This document shows positions 1 through 8,517 of a stretch of 35,352 nt of DNA, in pieces (the first letter of the stretch is position 1; each line of letters opens with the position of its first letter). The notes beneath the pieces were generated by a model. It searched no databases. It saw only the letters and a program-made list of their open reading frames with translations, and had not been told where the DNA came from. The stretch is from Chloroflexota bacterium (GTDB lineage Bacteria > Chloroflexota > Limnocylindria > Limnocylindrales > CSP1-4): the NCBI GenBank assembly GCA_037147135.1, contig JBAWVU010000001.1, forward strand, positions 1-35,352. The letters are read 5' to 3'. Position numbers and translations under genes: made by a program.

Positions 1-690
1 GCCGGCGCGGTCCATCGCCGCGCTCACCGTCTCGACGAGCCACGCGGATCTCTCGTCGATCTCGGCTGTCGAGTCGCCTCCGACGATGACCCCGTGGTTC
101 TGCATGAGGGTGATCGCGGGGGCCGTCCGGCCGGTGCGCTCGACGTGGGCCCGGCGAGCTTCGAAGATGGCCTGGGCGAGCGGGAGGCCGGGATCGGCGT
201 ACGGGACCCACAGCGCCGCCTCGCCGAACAGAAGTCCGGCGAGGGCAGGGCCGTCGCTGTTGCACGTGACCGCATTGATGACGAGGGGGTGCGTGTGCAC
301 CACGAATCGCTCGGGCAGGAATGCGTGGAACAGCAGCTCCACGGAGGGCCGCCGCCCGCCGGCGTCGGCCAGGCGGGCCGCCATGGCCGTGCGCATGACC
401 GGATCTCCGAGCGCGTCTCCCTCCATGTCGGCTGTCGTGCCGGGTGAGTGGAGGAGCGCGAGCAGCGGCTCCATGTCGAGCGGCACGAGGTCTCCCGCGG
501 CGAGCGTCGCGAGGGCCACGCCGCTCGGCTTGATGTAGAGGACGCCGTCGACCTTCGCCGATGCGTTGCCACCTCCACCCCGCGCGAATTCCGGGTCGCG
601 GCCGAACCGCCGCGCGGCCTCGATGAGCTCGTCGAGCGTCGCGACCGGCGTCGGGGGCAGCTCGCGCCGGCCGGACTGTCGGCCGCTCAT
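1..690 (-). CDS. rhaD: Class II aldolase-domain protein, 5' part only (runs off the left edge). Probably the N-terminus of a bifunctional L-rhamnulose-1-phosphate aldolase/short-chain dehydrogenase.
   Basis: Absent from the ORF track because it has no stop in the window. My own translation of the minus strand from ATG 690-688 is open down to base 1 (no tta/cta/tca triplets in plus frame 1). It reads MSGRQSGRRELPPTPVATLDELIEAARRFGRDPEFARGGGGNASAKVDGVLYIKPSGVALATL...RFVVHTHPLVINAVTCN...ITLMQNHGVIVGGDS. The GGGN-S-K, IKPSG, HTHP and NHG pattern is as recalled for class II aldolase/adducin domains of RhaD/RhaEW fusions. ATGA overlap with the upstream gene (687-690). Rhamnose gene context. Confidence 0.75.
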   Translation of the reverse strand, partial: MSGRQSGRRELPPTPVATLDELIEAARRFGRDPEFARGGGGNASAKVDGVLYIKPSGVALATLAAGDLVPLDMEPLLALLHSPGTTADMEGDALGDPVMRTAMAARLADAGGRRPSVELLFHAFLPERFVVHTHPLVINAVTCNSDGPALAGLLFGEAALWVPYADPGLPLAQAIFEARRAHVERTGRTAPAITLMQNHGVIVGGDSTAEIDERSAWLVETVSAAMDRAG

Positions 691-1928
691 CGGGCCATCG
701 CCGGGGAGGCTGCGTGGACCAGCTCCGCCCCTTCCTCGGCGAACCAGCGGATGCGCGTCTCGCCGTCCGGGAAGCCCGGGTCGAGTCGGCCCTCACGGTC
801 GACGTAGCCCTGTCTTCCGGATGCCCGGAGACGCTGATGGGCGGCCACCACGCACGTGGCCTCCCAGAACGCCGCGCGCGCGACAGGCGACGGGAGCGAC
901 CCGTCGACACAGCGGGGCTCGAGCGGGATCCGCTCCCGCGTGTTGTGCTCCGTTCCGGCCATCACGACGATGCCGACATCACGGAACGCCGCGACATACG
1001 CGTCGACGACCGCGGGCTGGTTGCGGTTCGGGATGAGCTCGGCGACGTGGATCCCTCGCCCGAGCACGCGCTGCGCGAGCGCGTCGGGTGGCTCCTCCCA
1101 CGGGCAGACCGGCGACGCGCCGTCGGCAAGCGTGGTGTAGCAGGGGATGCCGTCCAGCTCGAGGACCAGCCGGTAGGCGTCGTCGAACGAGACCGGCGAC
1201 TCCGGCACGAACGCCGGCCGTCCCGACTTCATGAGCCTCGAGCGGATCTCGCCCTGGATGGCGATCGGCTCGTCGACCGGGGCGTCGACCGGCCCTTCGA
1301 ACGCCCTGGCCAGCAGCGCGCGCCGCCCCTCGGGAGCCACGATCCGGAAGAGCGCATCCTGGAAGGCCATGGCCACGTGGCGCTCCTGGAGCACGACCCA
1401 CTCGCGCGGGACGCCGGCCCGTTCCGCGACCTCGTCGGCGATGCTCTCCGCGTCGAGCCCGGTCTGGAGGCCGGCCCGTGTGAAGCAGGCGTCGAGCAGC
1501 GGCACCATGGCGCGCATCCGGTCCGCGTCGGCGGCGCGGACCCGTGCCAGGAGGCGTGCCCCGGCCGCCGTGGGGGTCGCGAAGGGGTCGATCCCCTTCC
1601 CGGAGAGGTACATCCGCCCGGGGTTCCCCGGGTCGTTCACCCTTGTGCCTGCGTCGCGCAGCGAGTCGTCGACGCTGATGACCTCCAGGCCGAACAGCGG
1701 GACGATGCCCGTCACCTCGGCGGCATCGGCGAACCGACGATAGATCCGATGGTCGTGGAAGTTGGAAGCGCCGAGGACGAGGATGCCCTCCGCAGCCGCG
1801 GTCTCGACGGCGTCCTCGACGGTGTCGAAGGCCGAGAAGTTGGGCGGCAGGTGAACGTGCGTGTTCGGGATGGGTCGCCGGGTCCCTGGGACCTGCCCTC
1901 CGCCGCTGCGATCGCCTGCCACGTCCAT
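687..1928 (-). CDS. PHP/amidohydrolase-like metal-dependent phosphoesterase of unknown role (413 aa)
   Basis: The track ORF 687..2384 is trimmed to ATG 1928-1926 (MDVAGDRSGG...), which is preceded by ggagcaggaag. The upstream extension is Arg/Pro-rich junk that crosses a 240-bp gap. Motifs: NTHVHLPPNFSAF (HxH near the N-terminus), GLEVISVDD, and MAGTEHN near the C-terminus. Its stop overlaps the aldolase start. That this is a gene is confident; the function is not. Confidence 0.6.
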   Translation of the reverse strand: MDVAGDRSGGGQVPGTRRPIPNTHVHLPPNFSAFDTVEDAVETAAAEGILVLGASNFHDHRIYRRFADAAEVTGIVPLFGLEVISVDDSLRDAGTRVNDPGNPGRMYLSGKGIDPFATPTAAGARLLARVRAADADRMRAMVPLLDACFTRAGLQTGLDAESIADEVAERAGVPREWVVLQERHVAMAFQDALFRIVAPEGRRALLARAFEGPVDAPVDEPIAIQGEIRSRLMKSGRPAFVPESPVSFDDAYRLVLELDGIPCYTTLADGASPVCPWEEPPDALAQRVLGRGIHVAELIPNRNQPAVVDAYVAAFRDVGIVVMAGTEHNTRERIPLEPRCVDGSLPSPVARAAFWEATCVVAAHQRLRASGRQGYVDREGRLDPGFPDGETRIRWFAEEGAELVHAASPAMAR

Positions 1929-2017
1929 CTCGCTTCCTGCTCCTCGTGCCTGGGTGCCGTCGGGCCGGCTCCGGGGCGCCATCCGGTCCGTGTCGGACAC
2001 ACTCGTTCTCTTATGAC

Positions 2018-2040
2018 TGGTTGCGATTCGTTGCACAAAT
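2018..2040 (-). promoter_or_regulatory. Candidate DeoR (RhaR) operator upstream of the PHP-aldolase transcription unit
   Basis: tggttgcgatt (2018-2028) is identical to 11036-11046, which lies upstream of the DeoR regulator gene. GTTGC occurs at 2020-2024 and 2030-2034, exactly 10 bp apart. It sits in a locally AT-richer patch of the 240-bp rhaI/PHP gap. Confidence 0.4.
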
Positions 2041-2169
2041 GACAGTGTACGCGATGCGCCGGTCGCCTTCGCCGACAGGAGCCGGGAGCTCGGTGAGGTC
2101 GGGACGCGGTTCGTCGAGCGCCATCCCGGTCTCCCGCGATGAGGCGTGGGCTCGCGGTTCGGCGTCGTC

Positions 2170-3390
2170 TCAGCCCCAGCCGGCCGCTGCGCCGCCGGCC
2201 CGGGCGGCCGCCCGGGCCTCGGCCTCGCCGCTGTCGAGGTAGGCCCGGAACGGATCGGCCGGCAGGCCGCGGGCCGTGCGCAGCTCCGAGAGGAGCGGCC
2301 GGACGTCGGTGGAGAAGGCGTCCTGCAGGAGCCCGTTGGCCTCGAGGACATCGCCCGCCGCCTGCGCCAGCAGGAGCGCATCACGGTCGACGAGGAGTGC
2401 CTTCGCCATCGTCTCCTGGAGGTTCATGACCGAGCGGATCATGGCCGGGATCTTCGGCTCGATGTTGTGGCACTGGTCGAGCATGTAGACGACCTCGCTC
2501 GCGCAACGCTGCGCGACAGGGTCGCCGTCGTCGCGCATGGCGTTGACCAGCTCGTGCGCGATCCGGAACAGCTGGTACGGGTCGATCGAGCCGACCATGA
2601 GGTCGTCGTCGCCGTACTTCTTGTCGTTGAGGTCGAAGCCGCCGAGGCGCCCCACCGCCAGGAGGATCGCCACGATCTGCTCGATGTTGACGCCCATCGC
2701 ATGGTGGCCCGTGTCGACGCAGACGGTGGCCTGCTCGCCGACCGCGTCACATACCGACAGCGCCTGGCCCCAGTCCTGGACGTCGGTGGAGTAGAGGGCC
2801 GGCTCGTAGAGCTTGTACTCGAGGAACATCCGCACGCCCGCCGGCAGGTGCGGGTGGATCTCGCGCAGGCCCTCCACGAGGCGGTGGCGGCGCCAGCGCA
2901 TGTCGTCCTGGCCCGGGTAGTTGGTCCCGTCGCCCAGCCAGACCTTGACCACCTGCGAGCCGGTCGCAGCCGCGATCTCGCAGCATTCGACGATGGCCCG
3001 GACGGCCTTGGCCCGCACCGTGGCCGACGGGTGGCAGAGCGAGCCGAACTTGTAGTCCTCGTCCTGGAACGTGTTGCTGTTGATGCCGCCGATGCGGAGG
3101 CCGCGCTCCGCCGCGTAGGCCGTGAAGGCCGGCCAATCGTCCACCCGGTCCCAGGGGACATGGAGGGCGACGGAGCCCGCGATCCCCGTATACCGGTTGA
3201 CGGTGGCCGCGTCGTCGACCTTCTCGAACGCGTCGCGCGGCACGCCCGGCTGCGGGAAGACCCGGAAGCGGGTGCCGGTGTTGACGAAGCCCCACGACGG
3301 CAGCTCGATGGCAAGGCCGCTCACGGCCCACTCGATGCGATCGAGCGCGGAGGCGGTGGCGGGTCGGGTCACGGACTCGTTCAGGGCCAC
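2170..3390 (-). CDS. rhaI: L-rhamnose isomerase (xylose-isomerase-like TIM barrel type)
   Basis: 406 aa. GTG start 3390 is preceded by ggaaggag. Sequence: ...ELPSWGFVNTGTRFRVF...ALHVPWD...NSNTFQDEDYKFGSLCHP...VWLGDGTNYPGQDD...FLEYKLYEPALYSTDV...DTGHHAMGVNIEQIV...FDLNDKKYGDDDLMVGS. This matches my recollection of actinobacterial/Pseudomonas-type RhaI. Rhamnose context. Confidence 0.9.
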   Translation of the reverse strand: MALNESVTRPATASALDRIEWAVSGLAIELPSWGFVNTGTRFRVFPQPGVPRDAFEKVDDAATVNRYTGIAGSVALHVPWDRVDDWPAFTAYAAERGLRIGGINSNTFQDEDYKFGSLCHPSATVRAKAVRAIVECCEIAAATGSQVVKVWLGDGTNYPGQDDMRWRRHRLVEGLREIHPHLPAGVRMFLEYKLYEPALYSTDVQDWGQALSVCDAVGEQATVCVDTGHHAMGVNIEQIVAILLAVGRLGGFDLNDKKYGDDDLMVGSIDPYQLFRIAHELVNAMRDDGDPVAQRCASEVVYMLDQCHNIEPKIPAMIRSVMNLQETMAKALLVDRDALLLAQAAGDVLEANGLLQDAFSTDVRPLLSELRTARGLPADPFRAYLDSGEAEARAAARAGGAAAGWG

Positions 3391-3435
3391 GATGGTCTCC
3401 TTCCAGGCCGGCGGTCCCGGCCGCGTGTGGCTCCG

Positions 3436-4947
3436 TCAGGACGTGGCGGACGCCGGTGCAGGCGAGGGCGAGCGGCGGGCGGCGAGCATGGCTCCGAAGC
3501 GCGCGCGGGCCTCGGCCCAGTCGCCCTCGGGCTCGAAGGTGGTCACGGTGAACGACCGGGCGATGAGCGCGCGGGCTTCGGCCACGTCCGCCAGCTCGCC
3601 GGCGGCGATGGCCTGGACGGCGAGGTTGCCGATCGCCGTCGCCTCGACGGGTCCGGCCCGGACCGGGAGGCCCGTCGCGCCCGCGGTCAGCCGGCACAGC
3701 AGTCGGTGGTTCGACCCGCCACCCACCACGTGGATCGCCTCGACGAGATGGCCAGAGGCCCGCGCGAGCTCGTCGACCGCGACCGCGTAGCGGAGCGCGA
3801 GGCTCTCGAGGAGCACCCGGACGAGGGTCCCGACATCGGTGGGTACCGGCTGGCCGGTCTCCGTGCAGAACGCGCGCACCCGCGCCGGCAGGTCGCCGGG
3901 GCGCAGGAAGCGCTCGTCGTCGGGGTCGATGAACGCCGTGAAGGCCGGGGCCGTCTCGGCGAGCGCGGCCAGCTCCTCGTACGAGGGGGCGTCGCCCCCC
4001 GGCCAGATCGCACGACGGCTTTCCTGGACCAGCCAGAGGCCCATCACGTTCCGCAACAGGCGCACCGTGCCCGCGACGCCGCCCTCGTTGGTGAGGTTGG
4101 CGGCCCGAGTCGCCTCGGTGATCACCGGGGCGGGCATCTCCAGGCCGATGAGCGACCATGTCCCGGAGCTCAGGAACGCGGTCGTCGGGCCGGCGAGCGG
4201 CGCCCCGACCACGGCGGAGGCCGTGTCGTGCGAGCCCGGCGCCACGACGCGGGCGCCGCGCAGGCCCGTGTCCGCCGCCACGTCCGCGCGCATGGGGCCC
4301 AGGTCGGTTCCCGGCGCGACGATCGGCGGCAGGATCTCGGTCGGGATGCCGAAGCGGGCGAGCAGGGGCCGCGCCCAGTCGCGGGCGACCGGATCCAGGC
4401 ACTGGCTGGTGCTGGCGTTCGTGTACTCGGCGACCGCGCTTCCCGCCAGGAAGTGGTGGAAGAGGTCGGCCATCATGAGCAGCCGGTCGGCCTGGTCCAG
4501 TAGCGGGTCGCCCGCGCGGACCATCGAGAGCAGCTGGTAGAGCGTGTTGATGGGCATGAGCTGGATGCCCGTGGCGGCGTAGATCTCGTCGCGCGGCACG
4601 ACCGCGAACGCGAAACCGGGCATCCCTTCGGTGCGCCCATCCCGGTAGTGCACCGGGTTCGCCAGGAGGCGGCCGCGGGCGTCGAGCAGCCCGAAGTCGA
4701 CGCCCCACGTGTCCACGCCCACCGACGCCACGGGCCCGTCGGCAGCGGCCCGCCGGAGGCCGGCGGTCACCTCGCCGAAGAGGCGGAGGAAGTCCCAGTG
4801 GAGGGTGCCCGCGAGCGTGACCGGGACGTTCGGGAACCGGTGAACGTCCTCGAGGGCCAGGCGCCCGCCATCGAAGGTGCCGACGACGACGCGCCCGCTC
4901 TCCGCGCCAAGGTCGACGGCGGCCATCCGGAACGGGGTGTCAGTCAA
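3436..4947 (-). CDS. rhaB: Rhamnulokinase (FGGY family)
   Basis: Motifs: AAVDLGAESGRVVVG, GVDTWGVDFGLLD, ANPVHYRD, PINTLYQL, HVVGGGSNHRLLCRLTAGATGLPV. The start is ambiguous: TTG 4947 (8-nt overlap with rhaM) or ATG 4926 (MAAVDLG). Confidence 0.85.
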   Translation of the reverse strand: MTDTPFRMAAVDLGAESGRVVVGTFDGGRLALEDVHRFPNVPVTLAGTLHWDFLRLFGEVTAGLRRAAADGPVASVGVDTWGVDFGLLDARGRLLANPVHYRDGRTEGMPGFAFAVVPRDEIYAATGIQLMPINTLYQLLSMVRAGDPLLDQADRLLMMADLFHHFLAGSAVAEYTNASTSQCLDPVARDWARPLLARFGIPTEILPPIVAPGTDLGPMRADVAADTGLRGARVVAPGSHDTASAVVGAPLAGPTTAFLSSGTWSLIGLEMPAPVITEATRAANLTNEGGVAGTVRLLRNVMGLWLVQESRRAIWPGGDAPSYEELAALAETAPAFTAFIDPDDERFLRPGDLPARVRAFCTETGQPVPTDVGTLVRVLLESLALRYAVAVDELARASGHLVEAIHVVGGGSNHRLLCRLTAGATGLPVRAGPVEATAIGNLAVQAIAAGELADVAEARALIARSFTVTTFEPEGDWAEARARFGAMLAARRSPSPAPASATS

Positions 4948-5254
4948 GGCGGAAGACCTCGTCGAGGCGGCGGTGGAAGCCCGTCTCAGGATCGGTGCAG
5001 GGGTCGATGAGCGCGGCCATCTCGGCCTGCCAGCGGGCGTTGACCGGGGATGCCGCCATCAGCGCCCGGAAGGCGTCGAGATCGTCGACCTCGAAGCAGC
5101 CGAACAGGTCATCGTCGCGGACGTAGATGGAGTAGTCCCGGCACCCCGCGGCACGGAGAGCATCGAGCATCTCCGGCCACACCGCTGCGTGGCGGCGCCG
5201 GTACTCCGTCTCCGCCCCGGGCAGGAGCTTCATCGTGAAGGCGACGCGTTCCAT
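4940..5254 (-). CDS. rhaM: L-rhamnose mutarotase
   Basis: 104 aa from ATG 5254, preceded by ggaggag. MERVAFTMKLLPGAETEYRRRHAAVWPEMLDALRAAGCRDYSIYV...ARWQAEM...LDEVFRLD resembles E. coli RhaM (YiiL). The longer track ORF (to 5308) would run through the hairpin at 5272-5306. Confidence 0.9.
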   Translation of the reverse strand: MERVAFTMKLLPGAETEYRRRHAAVWPEMLDALRAAGCRDYSIYVRDDDLFGCFEVDDLDAFRALMAASPVNARWQAEMAALIDPCTDPETGFHRRLDEVFRLD

Positions 5255-5271
5255 CGTGGCTCCTCCGAATC

Positions 5272-5306
5272 GGAGAGCCCCGGAAGCGTGGCCTCCGGGG
5301 CTCTCC
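5272..5306 (-). terminator. Intercistronic stem-loop between rhaS and rhaM (attenuator or mRNA-stabilising hairpin)
   Basis: Perfect 13-bp stem, ggagagccccgga (5272-5284) / tccggggctctcc (5294-5306), with the 9-nt loop agcgtggcc. It lies in the 94-bp gap after the binding-protein gene. No U-tract. Confidence 0.5.
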
Positions 5307-5348
5307 ACTGCGTTCGCCGAAGGTGGACCGGCGCTCGTCGAGGTGTGG

Positions 5349-6413
5349 CTAGAAGTCGAAGCTGTCGACGTTCGTCGCGTCGAACCGGAACGCCGGCCCG
5401 AGGATGACGACGCCGTCCGCGCCGATCGTGTACGGCTGATCGCCGTTGAGGCCCTTCACGGTGAAGGTCTCGCCTGCCTTGCCGGTGATCTCGCCGCTGA
5501 CGAGCTTGTTGGCGACCATGTAGGAGAGGTAGCCGAGGTCCGGGACGCTCCACAGCCCGAAGACCGGGGAGGTGCCGTCCTTGACGAAGGGCTTCATGTC
5601 GTTGGGGAAGCCGAGCCCGGTCACCTTGACCGCGCTGCCGGCCTGCTTGACGACCTGGGCGGCCGCGAGGATGCCGACGGTGGTCGGGGCCACGATGACC
5701 TTGAGGTTGGGGTACTTGGTGAGCAGGGCCTGGGCCTGGGTGGTGCTCTTGGTGGCGTCGTCGTCGCCGTAGACGACGTCGACGAGATTGAGACCCGCGT
5801 ACTTGGGGAGCTTGAGGGTCGTCTTCATGAGGTCGATCCAGGCGTTCTGGTTGGTCGCCGTGGCGGCCGCCGACAGGATCGCGATCTCGCCGGTGCAGTT
5901 GGGGGCGAGCTCACAGGCCCAGTCGGCGAGGTTCACGCCGACACCGCTGAAGTCGACCTGGTTGACGAAGACGTCGTACGCGCCGACCGCCGGGCTCGAG
6001 TCGAAGCCGACGACCTTGATGCCCGCCTTCATCGCCTCCTTGAGGGCCGGAGCGACCTCGTCCTTGCCGTCGGCCGAGATGATGATCGCGTTGACGCCCT
6101 GGGTGGTGAGGTCGGTGATGAACGGGATCTGCAGATCGGCCTTGGCCTCGTTCGGCCCGACCTGGATGACCTTGCCGCCGGTCTCGCTGGCAGCCTTGTC
6201 GACGCCGGTCTTCGCAGCCGCGAAGTACTGGTTGACGATGTCCTTCGGCAGGTAGCCGACGGTCATGGCGCCGGCAGCGGCAGACGCTGCAGCCGAGGGC
6301 GCCGCCGACGCGGCTGCCGACGGGCTCGGCGATGAGCTGCTCGAGCAGGCCGCGAACACCAGCACCGCGACACCTGCGAGGGCGACGAACCGCCCGTTCG
6401 ATCTGAGCTTCAC
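5349..6413 (-). CDS. rhaS: Rhamnose ABC transporter substrate-binding lipoprotein
   Basis: GTG start 6413 with gaggaggag upstream. Signal peptide plus lipobox, VLVFAAC, followed by a Ser/Ala-rich linker. Periplasmic-binding-protein type I body (GYLPKDIVNQYF...IISADGKD...VVGFDS...). Adjacent to the permeases and ATPase. Confidence 0.85.
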   Translation of the reverse strand: MKLRSNGRFVALAGVAVLVFAACSSSSSPSPSAAASAAPSAAASAAAGAMTVGYLPKDIVNQYFAAAKTGVDKAASETGGKVIQVGPNEAKADLQIPFITDLTTQGVNAIIISADGKDEVAPALKEAMKAGIKVVGFDSSPAVGAYDVFVNQVDFSGVGVNLADWACELAPNCTGEIAILSAAATATNQNAWIDLMKTTLKLPKYAGLNLVDVVYGDDDATKSTTQAQALLTKYPNLKVIVAPTTVGILAAAQVVKQAGSAVKVTGLGFPNDMKPFVKDGTSPVFGLWSVPDLGYLSYMVANKLVSGEITGKAGETFTVKGLNGDQPYTIGADGVVILGPAFRFDATNVDSFDF

Positions 6414-6430
6414 GAAGGCTCCTCCTCTAT

Positions 6431-7483
6431 CTACGACACAGCGGTCTCACCATGGGTGATCGAGTCGGCCGGCGGGGGCCGGCCTCCACGAACTCGATCG
6501 AGAGCCGACTTGGCCTGGTGAGCGAAGGTTGGGACGACGACCGAGAGGATCAGGAGCAGCCCGAGGGCGATGCTCTGGATCTCGACCGAGACGCTGGCGA
6601 GGCGAAGGGCGTTCTGCATGACCGCCACCGAGAGGACGGCGAGAACGACGCCCGGGATCGTGCCCGAGCCGCCGAAGGCGCTTGCGCCGCCGAGCAGGAC
6701 CACGGTCACGACGGTGAGGGTCATGCCCTGTCCGGCATCGGCGCGGGCGCTCGACAGGCGCGACGTGAGGATGACGCCGGCCAGGGCCGCGACCAGCCCG
6801 GACAGGACGAACAGGCCGGTCCTGACCCGGGTCACCCGCACGCCGGAGAAGCGGGCTGTGCCCGGATTCCTGCCGATGGCATAGATCTGGCGGCCCACCC
6901 AGGTCCTGTGGAGCACGATGCCGAGCAGGACCGCCAGCAGGACGAAGATCACGAACGGCCATGGAATCAGCGTCCCGGGGACGTGACCGAAACCCAGCTC
7001 CGTGAACGCGGCCGGGAAGTCGCTGACGCCGCGCGGTCCGAGGACGATGAGGGCGAGGCCGCGGAAGAGGGCGAGGGTTCCCAGCGTCACGACCAGCGAC
7101 GGCAGGCCGCCCCAGGCGATGAGCAGGCCGTTCATGAGCCCGCCCAGGGCTCCGACGACGAGGACCACGGGGATCCCGATCCAGAGCGGCACGCCGGCCG
7201 CCCAGAGGAACCCGAGGATCGCGCTGGCGAGGCCGGCCATCGACTCGACGGACAGGTCGATGTCGGCGGTAACGATGATCAGGAGCATCGGCAGCGCCAT
7301 GATCGCGACTTCCATCTGCGCGGCGACGAGGTTCGAGAAGTTGCCCGGCGTCAGGAAGAACGGCGACAGGTACGCACCGAGCACGACGAGCCCGACCAGT
7401 GCGGCAAGGAGCAGGGCCTCCCAGCGCGCCAGCAGGCGCGTCCACCGGCCCAGGCCGGTCGTGGATCCACCGATGGCGCTCAT
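6431..7483 (-). CDS. rhaQ: Sugar ABC transporter permease (second permease of the rhamnose system)
   Basis: The track ORF 6431..8455 is trimmed to ATG 7483 (MSAIGGSTTGLGRW...). From there the sequence is hydrophobic multi-helix (ADIDLSVESMAGL, GRQIYAIGRNPGTARFSGV, LLGGASAFGGSGTIPG). The upstream 320 aa are Arg/Pro-rich and out of frame with rhaP. ATGA overlap with rhaP (7480-7483). Confidence 0.8.
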   Translation of the reverse strand: MSAIGGSTTGLGRWTRLLARWEALLLAALVGLVVLGAYLSPFFLTPGNFSNLVAAQMEVAIMALPMLLIIVTADIDLSVESMAGLASAILGFLWAAGVPLWIGIPVVLVVGALGGLMNGLLIAWGGLPSLVVTLGTLALFRGLALIVLGPRGVSDFPAAFTELGFGHVPGTLIPWPFVIFVLLAVLLGIVLHRTWVGRQIYAIGRNPGTARFSGVRVTRVRTGLFVLSGLVAALAGVILTSRLSSARADAGQGMTLTVVTVVLLGGASAFGGSGTIPGVVLAVLSVAVMQNALRLASVSVEIQSIALGLLLILSVVVPTFAHQAKSALDRVRGGRPPPADSITHGETAVS

Positions 7484-8517
7484 CTGGTGCGCCGCCCGGC
7501 GGTCGCCCGCTGGATCCGTCGCAGGATGATCGCGTCGGCGCTGACGGCGACGAGGATCACGACGCCGTAGATGGCCTGCAGCCAGAACTGCGACAGGCCG
7601 ACCAGGATGAGCGCGTTCGCGATGAACCCCAGGAACAGCGCGCCGAGCGCGGCGCCCGCCAGCGTCCCGGAACCGCCGGAGATGCTCACGCCCCCGACGA
7701 CGACCGCGGCCACGACCGACAGCACGACGCCGGTCGCGGACGTCCCGTTGATCGTCCCGAACTCCATGACCCACAGGATCCCGGCGACGCCGGCGAGCAG
7801 GCCGCACAGCGAGAAGGCCGCGAAGACGACGAGGCGGGAGGGGATGCCGAGGATGGCCGCGGCCTCCGGGTTGCTCCCGACGGCGTAGATCTGCCGTCCG
7901 AACCGTGTCGACCGGAGGACGACGCTCCCGATGACCACGACGACCACCGCCACGAGGACGAACATCGGGATGCCGAGGATGGTGTCGCGCGCGGGGTCTG
8001 TGAAGCCGGGCGGGAGGCCGGCCAGCGGGACCTGGTGGCTTCCGGCGACCAGGTAGTCCACGCCCCGGAAGATGCTCAGCGTCCCGAGCGTGGCGACGAT
8101 CGACGGAACCCTGAGCACGGTGACGACCACCCCGTTGATCATCCCGAGTCCGAGCCCGATCCCGAGTCCGAGTGCGATCGCGGCCGGCGGGTCGAGCGCT
8201 TGACGCTGCAGGACGATGGCCACGCTGTAGGCGACCAGTCCGATCATGGCTTCGACAGAGAGGTCGATGTTCCGGGTGATGACGACGAGGGCCTCGCCGA
8301 CGGCCGCGACGGCGATGATCGACGCCAGGACGGCGACCTGGCTGAGGTTCGAGACCGTCAGGAACTGTGGGGCCGTGATGGACACGAGCCCACCGAGCAC
8401 GAACATGATCGCGACGAGGCTCAGCTCGCGCTGGCGCGCGAGCGTGGACACCCACTGTCTCCGGGTGCGTCCCGCGCCCACCGTGCCGGCCGCGCCCGAT
8501 TCAGCCATCGAGGCCAC
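7480..8517 (-). CDS. rhaP: Sugar ABC transporter permease (first permease of the rhamnose system)
   Basis: 345 aa, hydrophobic. Motifs: RNIDLSVEAMIGL, GRQIYAVGSNPEAAAILGIP, VVGGVSISGGSGTLAG. The start is GTG 8517 or ATG 8508; both overlap the ATPase stop (8501). Confidence 0.8.
   Translation of the reverse strand: MASMAESGAAGTVGAGRTRRQWVSTLARQRELSLVAIMFVLGGLVSITAPQFLTVSNLSQVAVLASIIAVAAVGEALVVITRNIDLSVEAMIGLVAYSVAIVLQRQALDPPAAIALGLGIGLGLGMINGVVVTVLRVPSIVATLGTLSIFRGVDYLVAGSHQVPLAGLPPGFTDPARDTILGIPMFVLVAVVVVVIGSVVLRSTRFGRQIYAVGSNPEAAAILGIPSRLVVFAAFSLCGLLAGVAGILWVMEFGTINGTSATGVVLSVVAAVVVGGVSISGGSGTLAGAALGALFLGFIANALILVGLSQFWLQAIYGVVILVAVSADAIILRRIQRATAGRRTR

Noticed and set aside
24-578. 184-aa minus-strand ORF, plus the plus-strand ORFs 86..538, 94..447 and 448..807
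   Set aside because: These are shadow frames of the aldolase-domain gene (1-690, minus, a different frame). That gene gives a clean class II aldolase translation. These give Arg/Ser/Pro-rich sequence.
1929-2384. N-terminal 152-aa extension of the PHP-like ORF (track start 2384)
   Set aside because: The extension crosses the AT-richer intergenic patch and overlaps the 3' end of rhaI. It is Pro/Arg/Ser-rich. The internal ATG 1928 has an RBS-like ggagcaggaag upstream.
2146-4503. 785-aa plus-strand ORF, plus the 653-aa minus-strand ORF 2747..4708
   Set aside because: They are antisense to, or out of frame with, rhaI and rhaB, which have clear family motifs and RBSs. The sequences are low-complexity and Arg/Gly/Asp-rich.
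6431-8455. 674-aa ORF that suggests a giant fused permease
   Set aside because: Only the C-terminal 350 aa (from ATG 7483) look like a membrane permease. The N-terminal 320 aa are Arg/Pro-rich and overlap rhaP in another frame. The ATGA junction with rhaP supports the short form.
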